This document shows positions 13,971 to 27,588 of a stretch of 64,000 bases of DNA, piece by piece. The translations under genes and the position numbers were made by a program. Every line of letters starts with the position of its first letter. The stretch's first letter is position 1. The stretch is from Octopus vulgaris (Eukaryota), in assembly GCA_951406725.2 (NCBI GenBank), contig OX597824.1:28892001-28956000 (forward strand). Direction: 5' to 3'. Under the pieces are notes generated by a model. That model did not search any database. It was not told the origin of the DNA and saw only the letters and a program-made list of their open reading frames with translations.

Positions 13971-14712
13971 TGTTTAACCAAATTAACCCATTAAGTCTCA
14001 GACTACTTAAATTTCTGAATATTAATTCTAACTTTTTACAGATGATTGTAAATAGGTTAAAATGAAAAATATAATTATTAAAACTCCATTACTTCAAGTA
14101 GAAATAGAAATACTCGATGGCCTATAAACAGGACACTGAGACAATGTGATGTAGCTTATTTAATGTTCTCATTAAGTGACCTGTTTAAAGGACGGTGGGA
14201 CCTAATGGGTTAAACAACTGTTTAACCAAATTAACCCATTAAGTCTCAGACTACTTAAATTTCTGAATATTAATTCTAACTTTTTACAGATGATTGTAAA
14301 TAGGTTAAAATGAAAAATATAATTATTAAAACTCCATTACTTCAAGTAGAAATAGAAATACTCGATGGCCTATAAACAGGACACTGAGACAATGTGATGT
14401 AGCTTATTTAATGTTCTCATTAAGTGACCTGTTTAAAGGACGGTGGGACCTAATGGGTTAAACAACTGTTTAACCAAATTAACCCATTAAGTCTCAGACT
14501 ACTTAAATTTCTGAATATTACTTCTAAATTTTTTACAGTTGATTCAAAATAGGTTAAAATGAAAAAAAATAATTATCATTAAAACTCCTTTACTTCAAGT
14601 AGAAATAGAAATACTCGGTGTCCTATAAATAGGACACTGAGACAATGTGATGTAGCTTATTTAATGTTTACATTAAGTGTCCTATTTATAGGACAGTGGG
14701 ACTCAATGGGTT
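13971..14712. repeat. Three tandem 248-bp units, each containing a piggyBac-type MITE
   Basis: Units start at 13971, 14219 and 14467. Each has TTAA|CCCATTAAGTCTCA ... TGGGACCTAATGGG|TTAA (first element 13987-14209); unit 3 ends GGGTTAC. Confidence 0.75.
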
Positions 14713-15339
14713 ACACAAACAATCTATTAGTTAGTTGGATATTTAGCCAGTTGTGTGAAAATAAAGGAGTGGAATTGAACCTGTACGTGGTCTTTAACAA
14801 TATTGGTATAACGACTCTCTCAAGACACAATTATATCTTTCAGTTCCCTTTAACAAATCCAATCACACGGCTTTGATTGGGCCAGGAATATTGTAGAAAG
14901 TATTTGGCCAAAATGATACGCAGAGAGACAGAACCAGAAACTGTGTGTCTAGGAAGCAAGCTTCTTACCACAGTCACGCCTGCACCGAACAGTTTAGTTG
15001 ACCATAATATTCGTATTGCTGTTTGAAATAGATCTGTGGTTACAGCCGTTTCATCGATGATACGCAGTTTTATTACCCTTAAATTTTCAGGTAATAATAA
15101 TGATGATGATTATGATGGTGGCCATGATGACTAAGATTTTGATTGTTGATGTAGTTGATCTTACTCAGCACTTGGTCAACGTTCATTGAGGAGAAGTGTT
15201 CTAGCTCTGCCTTTCAATTTTTTAAATCGAATATAACTGCAACTGGAACAATATTACGTAGAAACTCTACAAGGAAATTTCACCTGCAAGAATTAGGTTT
15301 CACATCATATCCAACAGAATTAAAATGGGGATGTTGAAG

Positions 15340-15730
15340 AATATGGCAGTGATGGTGATGGAGGTTGTGATTGTAGACACAGTGGTGGTAATGGCTGTAT
15401 AATATGCGCTGGTGGTAGTGGTGGTGGTGCTGGGGGTGGTGGTGGTGCTGGGGGTGGTGGTGGTGGTAGTGGTGGTGGTGGTGGTGGTGGTACTGATTGT
15501 GGTGATGGTACTGGTGAGTATGCAGGTGGTGTCGACGTTGGTGGCGATGGTCGTTGTGGGCAGTTAATGACCCTGGTGGTGTGGTGGTGATGATGAAGAT
15601 ATTGTTGTCGATGATAATGATGATGACGAAGACGGCGATGATGATGGTAGTATTGGTGGGGAGGAAATGGTGGTGGTGACGGAGGTGTTGGTGGTGGTGA
15701 TGGTGGTGGGTTGTTGGCGTAGTGGTAATG
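15340..15730. repeat. GGT/GAT low-complexity tract
   Basis: Degenerate (GGT)n/(GAT)n; counterpart at ~28170-28500. Confidence 0.85.
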
Positions 15731-15866
15731 AATGTGAACGACATATACTTGTGCAAGCCTACTTACTAATCCTTTGCTAGTTGTCTGAATGGAATGATGC
15801 CTTTTCATTTGCTAATCTCTTACCCTACCCTTCCACCTTTTCATCATATCCATATATCGACATGTT

Positions 15867-15900
<34 letters not shown>

Positions 15901-16025
15901 TATAGGTACATATGTATGTATATATATGTATATATATATATATATGTATGTATATATTTACATATATATTTATATATATGTGTGTGTATATATATATATC
16001 TATTTTATATATATGTATATATACA

Positions 16026-16058
<33 letters not shown>

Positions 16059-16077
16059 ACATATGTATACATATATA

Positions 16078-16147
<70 letters not shown>

Positions 16148-16417
16148 TTTGTTTATTTATTCATTTATTTCAGTTCTAAGGCCAAACTGAAGTTAAATGA
16201 AGTTAAATAAAGGTCTATAAGTAATTAATAGATTAATAGAAATATTTGTTGCATAAACAAATCAAAAACCTAAATTTCCAGCCAACGCAATCAAGTTTTT
16301 TGGCATGCGTATTACTCCTTTAGTGTAATACGCATGAAATAACCGACAAATAACAAGAAAAATATTTCAGAAATATACACACGCAACACACACTTCCTCT
16401 CATATATATGTGTGTGT

Positions 16418-16498
<81 letters not shown>

Positions 16499-16540
16499 CG
16501 TGTGTGTATATGTATATGTGTGTGTATGCGTATATATACA

Positions 16541-16640
16541 NNNNNNNNNNNNNNNNNNNNNNNNNNNNNNNNNNNNNNNNNNNNNNNNNNNNNNNNNNNN
16601 NNNNNNNNNNNNNNNNNNNNNNNNNNNNNNNNNNNNNNNN
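16541..16640. other. Assembly gap (100 N)
   Basis: Exactly 100 N, located between the two duplicate copies. Confidence 1.
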
Positions 16641-17557
16641 GTACGTACGTACGCACGTTACGTACGTATGCATATGTATGTATGTATATACGCATGTATG
16701 TATGTATGTATTTATGTATATACGCATGTATGTATGTATGTATGTATGTATATATGTATGTATGTACGCCACTCAGAGCCAATTTGTTTCATCATTTATG
16801 TTCATGTTGATACGTGTCCGCATATGTAGGTATGTACGTATGTTTCTTTGTGTGTGTGTGTGTGTGTGCATGTGTGTGTGTGTGTGCATGTGTGTATGTG
16901 TGTGTCTCCTCTAATTCTATTTATTCCTAAGAATCTAGACCAAATAAGATAGATAACTGTGCTGACCTTAAAACATCAACACCACAGCGTAACCTAATAG
17001 TTTGCAGGTGTTCGTTTCGACTGTTAAATTTCAAGTATGCATCGTTATGACTGCCAGCGCAATAGAATAAGGTTTAAGCAGCGAACAAAAAGTTTCCTTT
17101 GTTAATAACGTCACCAGCGTATTTTATGGTTTTATATCTACTTATTGACTGGTTGTACCTCGCTGAAAGGGTTGGCCGTGTCAATAGATATTGAAGATAA
17201 CGTTGGAGATTAAATGATAGAAACTATTTATGGATGCAAGAATTTATGCGTTCTGGTGTGTGTGTGTATGTAGATATATGTGCGTGTGCTTGTGCGTTTC
17301 TGTGTGTGTGTTTGTGTGTTGTTTGTGTCTTTGTGTATGTTTGTGTTGCGTGTTTGTTCGTGTGTAATTGTGTGTTGTGTTGTGTGTGTATTGTGTGTTG
17401 TGTTCATGTGTTGTGTGTGTGTGTGTGTATCTGTCTGTCCTGTTTGAGTCTTTTAGTCTTGTACGTGTCGTGTGTGCGTATGTGTCTGCGAGTGTGTGTG
17501 CGTGCGTGTGTGTGTGTGATGTGTGTACGTGCGTGTGTGCGCGCGTGTACTACGTGT

Positions 17558-17596
<39 letters not shown>

Positions 17597-18465
17597 TGTG
17601 TGTGTGTGTTCGTATGTGTATGATATAAATGCTGGTCAGTCTTATAGTTGGTTGATTGTTTGGTCGATTGCTAGCTTGCTTGATTGATTGGCTGGCTGCT
17701 TGCTTGTTAGTGGGTTGGTTGGTTGGCTGGTTGGCTGGTTGGCTGGTTGGTTGGTTGCTTGCTTGCTTGCTTGCTTGGTTGGTTGGTTGGTTGGTTGGTC
17801 GGTCGGTCAGTTGGTTCGTTGGTTGGTTCGTTGATTCGTTCGTTGGTTCGTTGGTTCATTCGTTGGTTCATTCGTTGGTTCGTTCGTTGGTTCGTTCGTT
17901 GGTTCGTTCGTTGATTCGTTCGTTGGTTCGTTGATTCGTTCGTTGGTTCGTTGATTCGTTCGTTGGTTCGTTGGTTCATTCGTTGGTTCGTTCGTTGATT
18001 CGTTCGTTGGTTCGTTGATTCGTTCGTTGGTTCGTTGGTTCATTCGTTGGTTCGTTCGTTGGTTCGTTCGTTGATTCGTTCGTTGGTTCGTTGATTCGTT
18101 CGTTGGTTCGTTGGTTCATTCGTTGGTTCATTCGTTGGTTCGTTCATTGGTTCATTCTTTGGTTCGTTCGTTCGTTCGTTCGATCGTTCGTTGGTGGGTT
18201 CATTCGTTGATTCTCTAATAATAAGTACTAAGGTTGATTTGTTCTACTAAACCCTTCAAGTCGGTGCCCCAACATGCCCAAAGTCCAATGACTGAAACAA
18301 GTAAGAAATGAAAGATAGAAGATCACCGAAACAACCACCACAGCGCATTCCTCCCCCACCCTCCGAACCGCTAAACATTCTGACAGTCACCGTTTTACAA
18401 CTGTCTCTCAATTAAGTACAGTGCGAGTAACTTCTAGAAAGAATGTTTAGCCGATTGCATCGGTA

Positions 18466-18858
18466 CAGTGGGGTCTCTATATACGAACACTATGTCCTGG
18501 ATCACTGTTCTTTAATCAGCTTGTTTGCTAAATGAATAATTGAAATACATATAGATAAGGGTAATCCATTCCAAGTCACCTTCAAAACTTCAAATAAAAA
18601 CTTGAGATGATCTTTCAATTATCCATCCACCAATAGTAAATACATGAACATACAGGTATACAGTCTCGGCTCATAGTTGCAGAAATTTCAATTCGCTAAG
18701 TGAATGGGGCTTCCTGTCACTTATATTCGTGCGAAGTCTGCACATAGTTCGTTGATGAAATTTTAGTTCGTTATGCAAGTCCAATTACTTTTTTTTTTAA
18801 ACCGTTCGCTATTCAGTTTGTTCGTTTAGAGAACAGTTCGTATATAGGTACTCCACTC
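18466..18858. mobile_element. Tigger/pogo-like MITE (copy 2)
   Basis: TA|CAGTGGGGTCTCTATATACGAA ... TTCGTATATAGGTACTCCACTC|TA. Confidence 0.65.
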
Positions 18859-19248
18859 TACTTCGGAGGGAACAAAGGCAAACCTAATCGCGGTTAATGT
18901 TGAACTAATAGCGTAAAGAGGTGTAAAGGAAAAAAAAATGAGTTGAGCCCGTTCACAGCTGTCGCTTACAATATTTATAACGAAATAATTTAAAGTAGAT
19001 TACAGCAACTTTGAATGGAAATAGACACGAGAATGAAGGAAAGTTACTGCAGCAGATAATTACTATTATTGGAATGGAGTTTGTTTAATTGGAAATAAGA
19101 AGGAAACGCGAAGACAATCTCGGTAGAGTCATTTGTGTTCTGAGTTTCACACACATGCCCATACGCAACGCGGTTACTCTCTCGCTTTCATTTTCCTTCT
19201 CACATCCTCACTTTCTCTCTCTTACTCCCCCTCTCTCTCTTACTCCCA

Positions 19249-19279
<31 letters not shown>

Positions 19280-19687
19280 CTTCTCTACTCGTGTATAAGT
19301 TTGTGCAATTAACTTACGTGTATGTATATAAAAATACACACACGTATATGTAGAAATAAAAAGGTATTAGGGGAGAAATATATATTCGCATAATTTCTAT
19401 GGTAATACAAATCACTCACACACACATACATACAGTTATATGCTGATGATAACATTTCATATCTATTAGTCAAATACATATATGTACATATACATTTATA
19501 TAAGGGTATATATTATTTTATCAATCCCTCACTCTCTCTCCTTCCTCTTTTCTTTCTCTCTGTATATGTATATATACATACATACACACATATAAATATA
19601 CATATATACAAATTATACATGTATCTGTCTATCCATCAACCCATCCATTCATCCATCTATCTAAATATCTAGCTAGCTAGCTACCTA

Positions 19688-19753
<66 letters not shown>

Positions 19754-19880
19754 GTACCTATGTATGTATGCGTACGTGTGTGTGTGTGTATGTGCGTTTA
19801 TATATGTATGTATAAGTGTGTGCGTGTATGCATGTGCTTATGAGAATATTGACGAGTTTCTATCATATACATATCACACA

Positions 19881-19928
<48 letters not shown>

Positions 19929-20864
19929 CAGACATATACACATACACATACGCATATACTAGCACACACATACACACACATACACCTTTTCCTCTTTCTT
20001 CTTCTGTCATCCCTCAGTGCTACCTCTACCTCCCCAGCCGCACTCTCCCTCCCTCTGTCTCTTTCCATTCCTCATTCCCCCCTCTCTCCCTCTCTCCCTC
20101 TCTCTCACACACATTCTCTTGCAAGCATTCAGTCATAAATACATAGCACATTTTCCGAAGTTCTTTATACATAACATGTTTATATATATATTTAAAATTT
20201 TATTTTATACTTCAGGTAAAAACCTCCTTCCCCATCACAGTGACACACACACACTCACACACACATGCACATACACACGCTCACACTCGCACATACACAC
20301 ACCTACACACTCACCGCTCAAGATATTTCGTGAGAACAACGAACCTCACATGCATGCAAGATCTCGTTGTAATAAAGGGGAATAATTATAATTTTCCTTC
20401 ACAATATTCTTCTCGGCGTTCCGTTTGTCTTTTAATTATATTAAAAGCGTTTTTTTGAAAATTAAATTTCAAAAGATTCTCAAAGACTTTCCTGTGAGAT
20501 TATTACATCTGTAGTTCCGTTGATATATATTCGGGTGGGTGGCAAATATTAAAGAATTCTTGGAACAATTCAATGACATTCGATCGTCTCTCTCTCTTTT
20601 TCCTTTTCGTCGTTATTTTGTCTTTAATTTCATTTAGCAAATTAGCCACAACCGACTTAGCTTCTTATGACAAAATAATCATTTTTTACCAGCTGTACCG
20701 ACTGCTTAACTGCTTAACAGTATTTATAATACATAGATGCATGTGTGTCGATCAAATTGCTTATCTATAACTGAATAACCATGTTCCATTCTTTTGTGTT
20801 TGGTAAACGTGTGCTTCGGCATACATGCACAGACGTGCTTACACCCCTTTACACATATACACGT

Positions 20865-20940
<76 letters not shown>

Positions 20941-20950
20941 TGTATGTATG

Positions 20951-21007
<57 letters not shown>

Positions 21008-21010
21008 TAC

Positions 21011-21071
<61 letters not shown>

Positions 21072-21123
21072 CATGTATATATATATATGTATATACAAAC
21101 ATACATACATACATACATACATA

Positions 21124-21187
<64 letters not shown>

Positions 21188-21275
21188 CATGTATGTATGT
21201 ATGTATGTATGTATGTATGTATATATATATATATATATATATACATAATATATATATACACAGTACGTGTATATA

Positions 21276-21313
<38 letters not shown>

Positions 21314-21371
21314 TGTATATATATACATGTATATATATATATATATATATGTATATACAAACATACATACA

Positions 21372-21407
<36 letters not shown>

Positions 21408-21946
21408 TCTATCTATATATATATATATATATATAAGGGAAGAGAAGGATGATATGTGCGCGCGCAGAGGTATGTGTGTGTATGGGTTTGTGTGTGTGTG
21501 TATACATCTATAGATTGATACATGCATACGTATATACATACATACATGCTTGCTTACATACATACTTACATGTATGTATATATACATTTGTTACCTACAT
21601 TTCACCAATGGTGCTTTGTATCATTGTTAGAAACCAGATTTCAAATAATTAAAAATAAAAAAGACATACACTCATACGTGCAGTCATACATACATACATA
21701 CATACATACACACATACATATATACATAAATACATACACACATGCTTCCATATTTACATATATACATATGCGCATAAACATACATACTTAACTAGCTATA
21801 TTCATATATACATACATATATGCATACACACTTACATACATACATATATGAACACTTGCATACATACATACATACATGCATACATAGATTCATACTTACA
21901 TGAATACATAGATGCATACATAAATACATACACAGATACATACACG

Positions 21947-21978
<32 letters not shown>

Positions 21979-22180
21979 CATACATACATATATACATACA
22001 CACATAAATACATGCACGCATACATGCATGCATACATACATACATACATGCATGCATACATACATACATACATATATACCTACATACATACACATATACA
22101 CACATACATACACACATACATATATACATACATACATCCATGCACACATACATACATACATACATACATACATACATACA

Positions 22181-22213
<33 letters not shown>

Positions 22214-22529
22214 GCATACATACATATATGCATACGGACATACAAAATTCATTGAGAATAACTCTGCCATGAAAATCCGCATAAAATTTGTTACTATAGA
22301 AATCTATGGAAGAACGTACGAAAAGTCTTCTTTATACGATATACGTAGAGTATTGCACGGTTATTACTGCTAAGATGTAGGTAAAAGATGTATCATACAG
22401 ATAGATATTTGTTTGGAAGCCCAAACGAATATTTTCTGCTTGAGTACAATCAGCCATAAGAAAAAAAAATGTCGGTTGAACAAAAATGTGGTTCAGATAA
22501 TTGTTAAATTCATTTAATCTCACGAATGA

Positions 22530-22600
<71 letters not shown>

Positions 22601-23230
22601 TTTATTTTATTTTATTTATTTATTTAGTTATTAAAATTAAGGACACATATGTCCGGTTGCCGTAACGGAGATGACTTTAAACGTCACTAGTATCGTCACA
22701 GGTTTTGCTGCCAGAACTCGAAGAACTGGAAAAATGATACCGCAAAACATTTCGTCATTAATCCGGCGTCAACGATTAGCAATTTTTTAGAGACTCCAAA
22801 ATAAAATAAATCGCATTATTGCCTTCAGTAAGATTTGAACACAGAGGGCGGAGAGTGTGAACAAGTAAGCACGAAGCATTTTGTACATTGCTCTAACAAC
22901 TCTGCCAATTCGTTCTCAATGTTAACTAGACCAACGGTAGACTTTGGCATATTTATTTTTTCTTCTTGGGTCCAAAGAAAATGATTTCCTCCGTTGCTGT
23001 ATTGATTCTGTCGTATGTATGTATGTTTATGCGTATATGTATGTATAAATGTAGATATGGAAGCATGTATGTATGAATGTATGTATGTATGTATGTATGT
23101 ATGTATGTATGTATGTATGTATGTATGTGTGTATGTATGTATGTATGTATGTATGTATGTATGTATGTATGTATGTATGTATGTATGCATGGCTAATTGA
23201 ACGTATATGTGTATGTCTCTTTATTTTCAA

Positions 23231-23620
23231 CTAGCAGTATCGCCAGGCGTTGCTCGGGTTTGTTTCGACCCTTTAGAATTGGAATTTTTAAAAAGTAAAA
23301 ATTTTATTATGTAGCTTGTTATTCTCTTTAAGTTAACATCTTTCTGGTTGAAATACACCGAAAAATGGCGACACAGTAGTCAAAAAATTGTAAAAAATAG
23401 GGATTATCATAGAAAAAAAGCACCTTTTTGATGTAAATAATTTTTGGTGTTAACTTGGTCCGATTTGAATTTTTTTCTTCTACGGAAGGAAGAGCAAGCC
23501 TTTTTCTATCATACTCTCAATTTTGGTCAACTTGCGCTGCAGGGTCTCGGAGGAGATAGTATTAGTTGAAGGTACCAAAATTGCCACACACAGACAACTT
23601 CAGCTTTATATATATATAGA
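23231..23620 (-). mobile_element. Non-autonomous Helitron (copy 2)
   Basis: Same 5'-TC, 3' hairpin plus CTAG ends and A|T target as 10426-10807. Confidence 0.85.
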
Positions 23621-24176
23621 TTATTTGAAATCTGGTTTCTAACAATGATACAAAGCATCATTGGTGAAATGCAGGTAACAAATATATATTTTTTCTCATT
23701 TACTCATTTACTTCTTTCAGTCTTTTGATTGTGGTCATGCTGGAGCACCGCCTTTAGTCGAGCACATCGACCCCAGGACTTATTCTTTGTAAGCCTAGTA
23801 CTTATTCTATCGTCCTCTTTTGCCGAACCGCTAGCTTACGGGGACGTAAACACACACACGAACATATGCACACATGTACGCATACACACAGATATATGAA
23901 TATATATAACTGTATGTATAGGTGTATATATATATATTAACAATTGAGGATAAAATCTTTAAAAGAAATTATCAGTAGTCAGCGTGAAAAACCTCGTAAG
24001 AGAAAAAATCCGTAAATTCTTCCTCTTTGAAAATATTCATTTATATTATATTGAGGGTACTACTATTCGTAGATACCAACACGCTAAGAGGGACCAATGC
24101 GGTCAAAACTACTAAAAATAAACAAAATTTTACCGAATGCAAAACTTCAAAACACATCATTTTAAAAAAGAATTCA

Positions 24177-24241
24177 GTTACATATCACATGTGATTTCGC
24201 ATTTAAATGCAGAATATGCATTTTATGTTCATCAGTGCAAC
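24177..24241 (-). ncRNA. Type I hammerhead ribozyme motif
   Basis: Reverse complement of the motif at 11465-11529 and 24619-24683. Confidence 0.75.
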
Positions 24242-24618
24242 AAACTCAAGAAATATAAGAGAAAAACATAACATTACAAGCTCGATAGCCAACCGTAGAA
24301 TTCGTCGTAGCATGTCCGAATGTTTATCTTTACATATCTATGAAAATGGCGGGCTTATTCGCAATGCATTTCGGTACCAAATTGTCTATTCGGGATAAAA
24401 ATTCAGTATTGAACCATTCCGGTGAAAAATATAAATTAACAATTGAGGATAAAATCTTTAAAAGAAATTATCAGTAGTCAGCGTGAAAAACCTCGTAAGA
24501 GAAAAAATCCGTAAATTCTTCCTCTTTGAAAATATTCATTTATATTATATTGAGGGTACTACTATTCGTAGATACCAACACGCTAGCGTTATGTTTTTCT
24601 CTTATATTTCTTGAGTTT

Positions 24619-24683
24619 GTTGCACTGATGAACATAAAATGCATATTCTGCATTTAAATGCGAAATCACATGTGATATGTAAC
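24619..24683 (+). ncRNA. Type I hammerhead ribozyme motif
   Basis: CTGATGA at 24625, GAAA at 24662, palindrome ATCACATGTGAT, stem I GTTGCA/TGTAAC. Confidence 0.75.
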
Positions 24684-24821
24684 TGAATTCTTTTTAAAAT
24701 GATGTGTTTTGAAATTTTGCATTCGGTAAAATTTTGCTTATTTTTAGTAGTTTTGACCGCATTGGTCCCTCTTAGCGTGTTGGTATCTACGAATAGTAGT
24801 ACCCTCAATATAATATAAAAA

Positions 24822-24886
<65 letters not shown>

Positions 24887-24891
24887 TATGC

Positions 24892-24927
<36 letters not shown>

Positions 24928-24939
24928 ATTTAACCAAAG

Positions 24940-25348
24940 AAGTGGCTGTGTGGTAAGTAGTTTGCTTACGAACCACATGGTTCTCGGTTCAGTCCCACTG
25001 CGTGGCACCTTCGGCAAGTGTATTCTACTATAGCCTCGGCCCGACGAAAGCCTTGTGAATGGATTTGGCAGACGGAAACAGAAAGAAGCTCGTCGGATAT
25101 ATGTATATATGCATATGTATGCATGTGTGTGTGTATATATGTTTGTGTGTCTGTGTTTGTCGCCCCAACATCGCTTGACAACCGATGCTGGTGTTTACAT
25201 CCCCGTAACTTAGCGGTTCGGCAAAAGAGACGATGGAATAAGTACTAGGCTTACAAAGAGTAAGTCTGGTGTCGATTTGCTCGACTAAAGGCGGTGTTCT
25301 AGCATGGCTACAGTCAAATGACTGAAACAAGTAAAAGAGTAAAAGAGT
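24940..25348 (+). mobile_element. SINE family A, full length (copy 2)
   Basis: Matches 11772-12180. Confidence 0.9.
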
Positions 25349-25355
25349 GTATATA

Positions 25356-25450
<95 letters not shown>

Positions 25451-26319
25451 ATTATTGTATGTATGATTGTATGTATATATGTATATTAGTGTGTTTCTCT
25501 ATGTTAGTGTATATGTATATATATATACGTGTATATTTATATATATGTATATGTGTGTGCGTGTGTATTTTGATGTGTATACATTTACACTCATAAAATT
25601 AATATCGACACAATGAGTTAATCAATTCCACCTCCGCTTAAAATGGCAAAATCTTGCTATAATAAAATTATTATATTTAATCTTATATATGTATTGAACT
25701 ACACTTTTTTATAAATAGATTGTAATATACTTTCTGATGGTCAGGATTACGACCTGTGAATATGAGTGTGATCGTGTTCGTGATTTCAATGGTGATTACA
25801 ATGTTGCTATTATAGAGAACAGTAATGGTTATCATTTGGTTTTTATTTGTTTTACTTGTTTAAGTCATTGGACTGCGACCATGCTGTGGCAGCGCCTTGA
25901 ACGGTTTAAGTCGAAGAAATCGATTGTAGCACTTATATTGTATTAAAATCTGATAACTATTCCATCGGTCTTTTTTTTCGTTTAGATGAAGCACTAGGTG
26001 ACGGGGAGGAAAACAAACCTGCACCGGTTGTCATGCGGTGGTGCAGAACAAAGACAGACACATAGACACACACTTATATATATTTGTATATGCGTACTTA
26101 TACACACAAATTCAAACGCATAGACACAGTCAAGCACACACGCACATGGAAACAGAAGTACAGACTCAAACGCATACGCAAGCATACATACATACATGCA
26201 TGCATACATACATACATACATACATACATACATACATACATACATACATACATTCATGCATACATACATACATACATACATACATACATACATACATACA
26301 TACATACATACATACATAC

Positions 26320-26946
26320 ACGAAGCTTAACTGTTATTGGTGCTGTGATCGAATGTGACTTTTATTTGCTTTTTAATGCTACAGCCAGCCATTCAGTTGA
26401 GACTCACAGCACCATCAACAATCATGAACAATGTTGTTACCGTGCAATGCCTGTGCAGGAAGATTTTTTTTAAAGTGAGGAAAGGCTCTGCACTGAGTCA
26501 ATCCCACTCACTAAGCAACAGCAGCCATAATCCGAAAAGAAGAACAAGTCAACATCATCGGTAACCACTGAGCCGCAGGTTTTATGTCGGAGTTATCCCA
26601 GTTACCTGAGTTACCTTCTCCTAGAAGGATGCCCTAACAAAAGCTAGGAGTCCTTCACTTCCAATGGTTTAACCGCGCGATCGGGTATTCAGTCCGATTA
26701 TTTCTATGTCCCCGCGCATGATACCGCTTTAAGCCTTAAGAAAAATAATTACACATTTATTGGATGGCCGTTGACTCTCAAGAGTTCCTCCGCCCTTTGA
26801 CGGGTTTTGCTTTTCATCCCGCAGGATGTCCAATAAACACCCTCCTCACCAAGCAAGCTTGGTGGTGTTGCCGGTTTAGTCGCCGACAGGCTGACCATGC
26901 AACAGGTTGTACTGGGTTACATGTTACCAGTAGCACTCGAAAGTGA
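26320..26946 (-). mobile_element. RTE-derived element (copy 2, lacking ~35 bp at its 3' end)
   Basis: Matches ~13157-13785; GATGACTGCCCCCTCGTTATCGAGTATGGCCATTG is missing. Confidence 0.55.
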
Positions 26947-27136
26947 CTTGACATACATACATACGTACATATCTACATACATACACAAGCGGATGCTCAC
27001 ACTGGCACGCACAGATACGCACGCTACAAGATCTCAGGCAGATAAATTCGTAAGGGATGAAGTAAAAAGTCATTGAAAAAGTTGCAAAGTAGCAACGAAA
27101 GAGCTGTGACAAACAAAAATAAAGCATATTACAGAC

Positions 27137-27588
27137 TGTTTAACCAAATTAACCCATTAAGTCTCAGACTACTTACATTTCTGAATATTAATTCTAACTT
27201 TTTACAGATGATTGTAAATAGGTTAAAATGAAAAATATAATTATTAAAACTCCATTACTTCAAGTAGAAATAGAAATACTCGATGGCCTATAAACAGGAC
27301 ACTGAGACAATGTGATGTAGCTTATTTAATGTTCTCATTAAGTGTCCTGTTTAAAGGACGGTGGGACCTATTGGGTTAAACAACTGTTTAACCAAATTAA
27401 CCCATCAAGTCTCAGACTACTTAAATTTCTGAATATTACTTCTAAATTTTTTACAGTTGATTCAAAATAGGTTAAAATGAAAAAAAAATAATTATCATTA
27501 AAACTCCTTTACTTCAAGTAGAAATAGAAATACTCGGTGTCCTATAAATAGGACACTGAGACAATGTGATGTAGCTTATTTAATGTTT
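27137..27588. repeat. piggyBac-type MITE array (copy 2, ~1.8 units)
   Basis: Same unit as 13971-14712; the last unit is truncated. Confidence 0.7.

Larger units (their letters stand above)
23937..24819 (-). mobile_element. Hammerhead-bearing Penelope-like/retrozyme element: 499-bp unit, 150-bp direct repeat and inverted arm
   Basis: TTAACAATTGAGG recurs at 23937 and 24436 (period 499) and the repeat runs to 24585. 24588-24819 is the reverse complement of ~24040-24272. No ORF; TA-repeat flanks. Confidence 0.85.

Noticed and set aside
13971-14712. Regular repeats as a possible CRISPR array
   Set aside because: The 248-bp units have no unique spacers, the context is eukaryotic and there are no cas genes.
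15280-15808. Pro-rich and His-rich ORFs resembling extensins or formins
   Set aside because: They come from a GGT low-complexity tract, and the frames are not preserved in copy 2.
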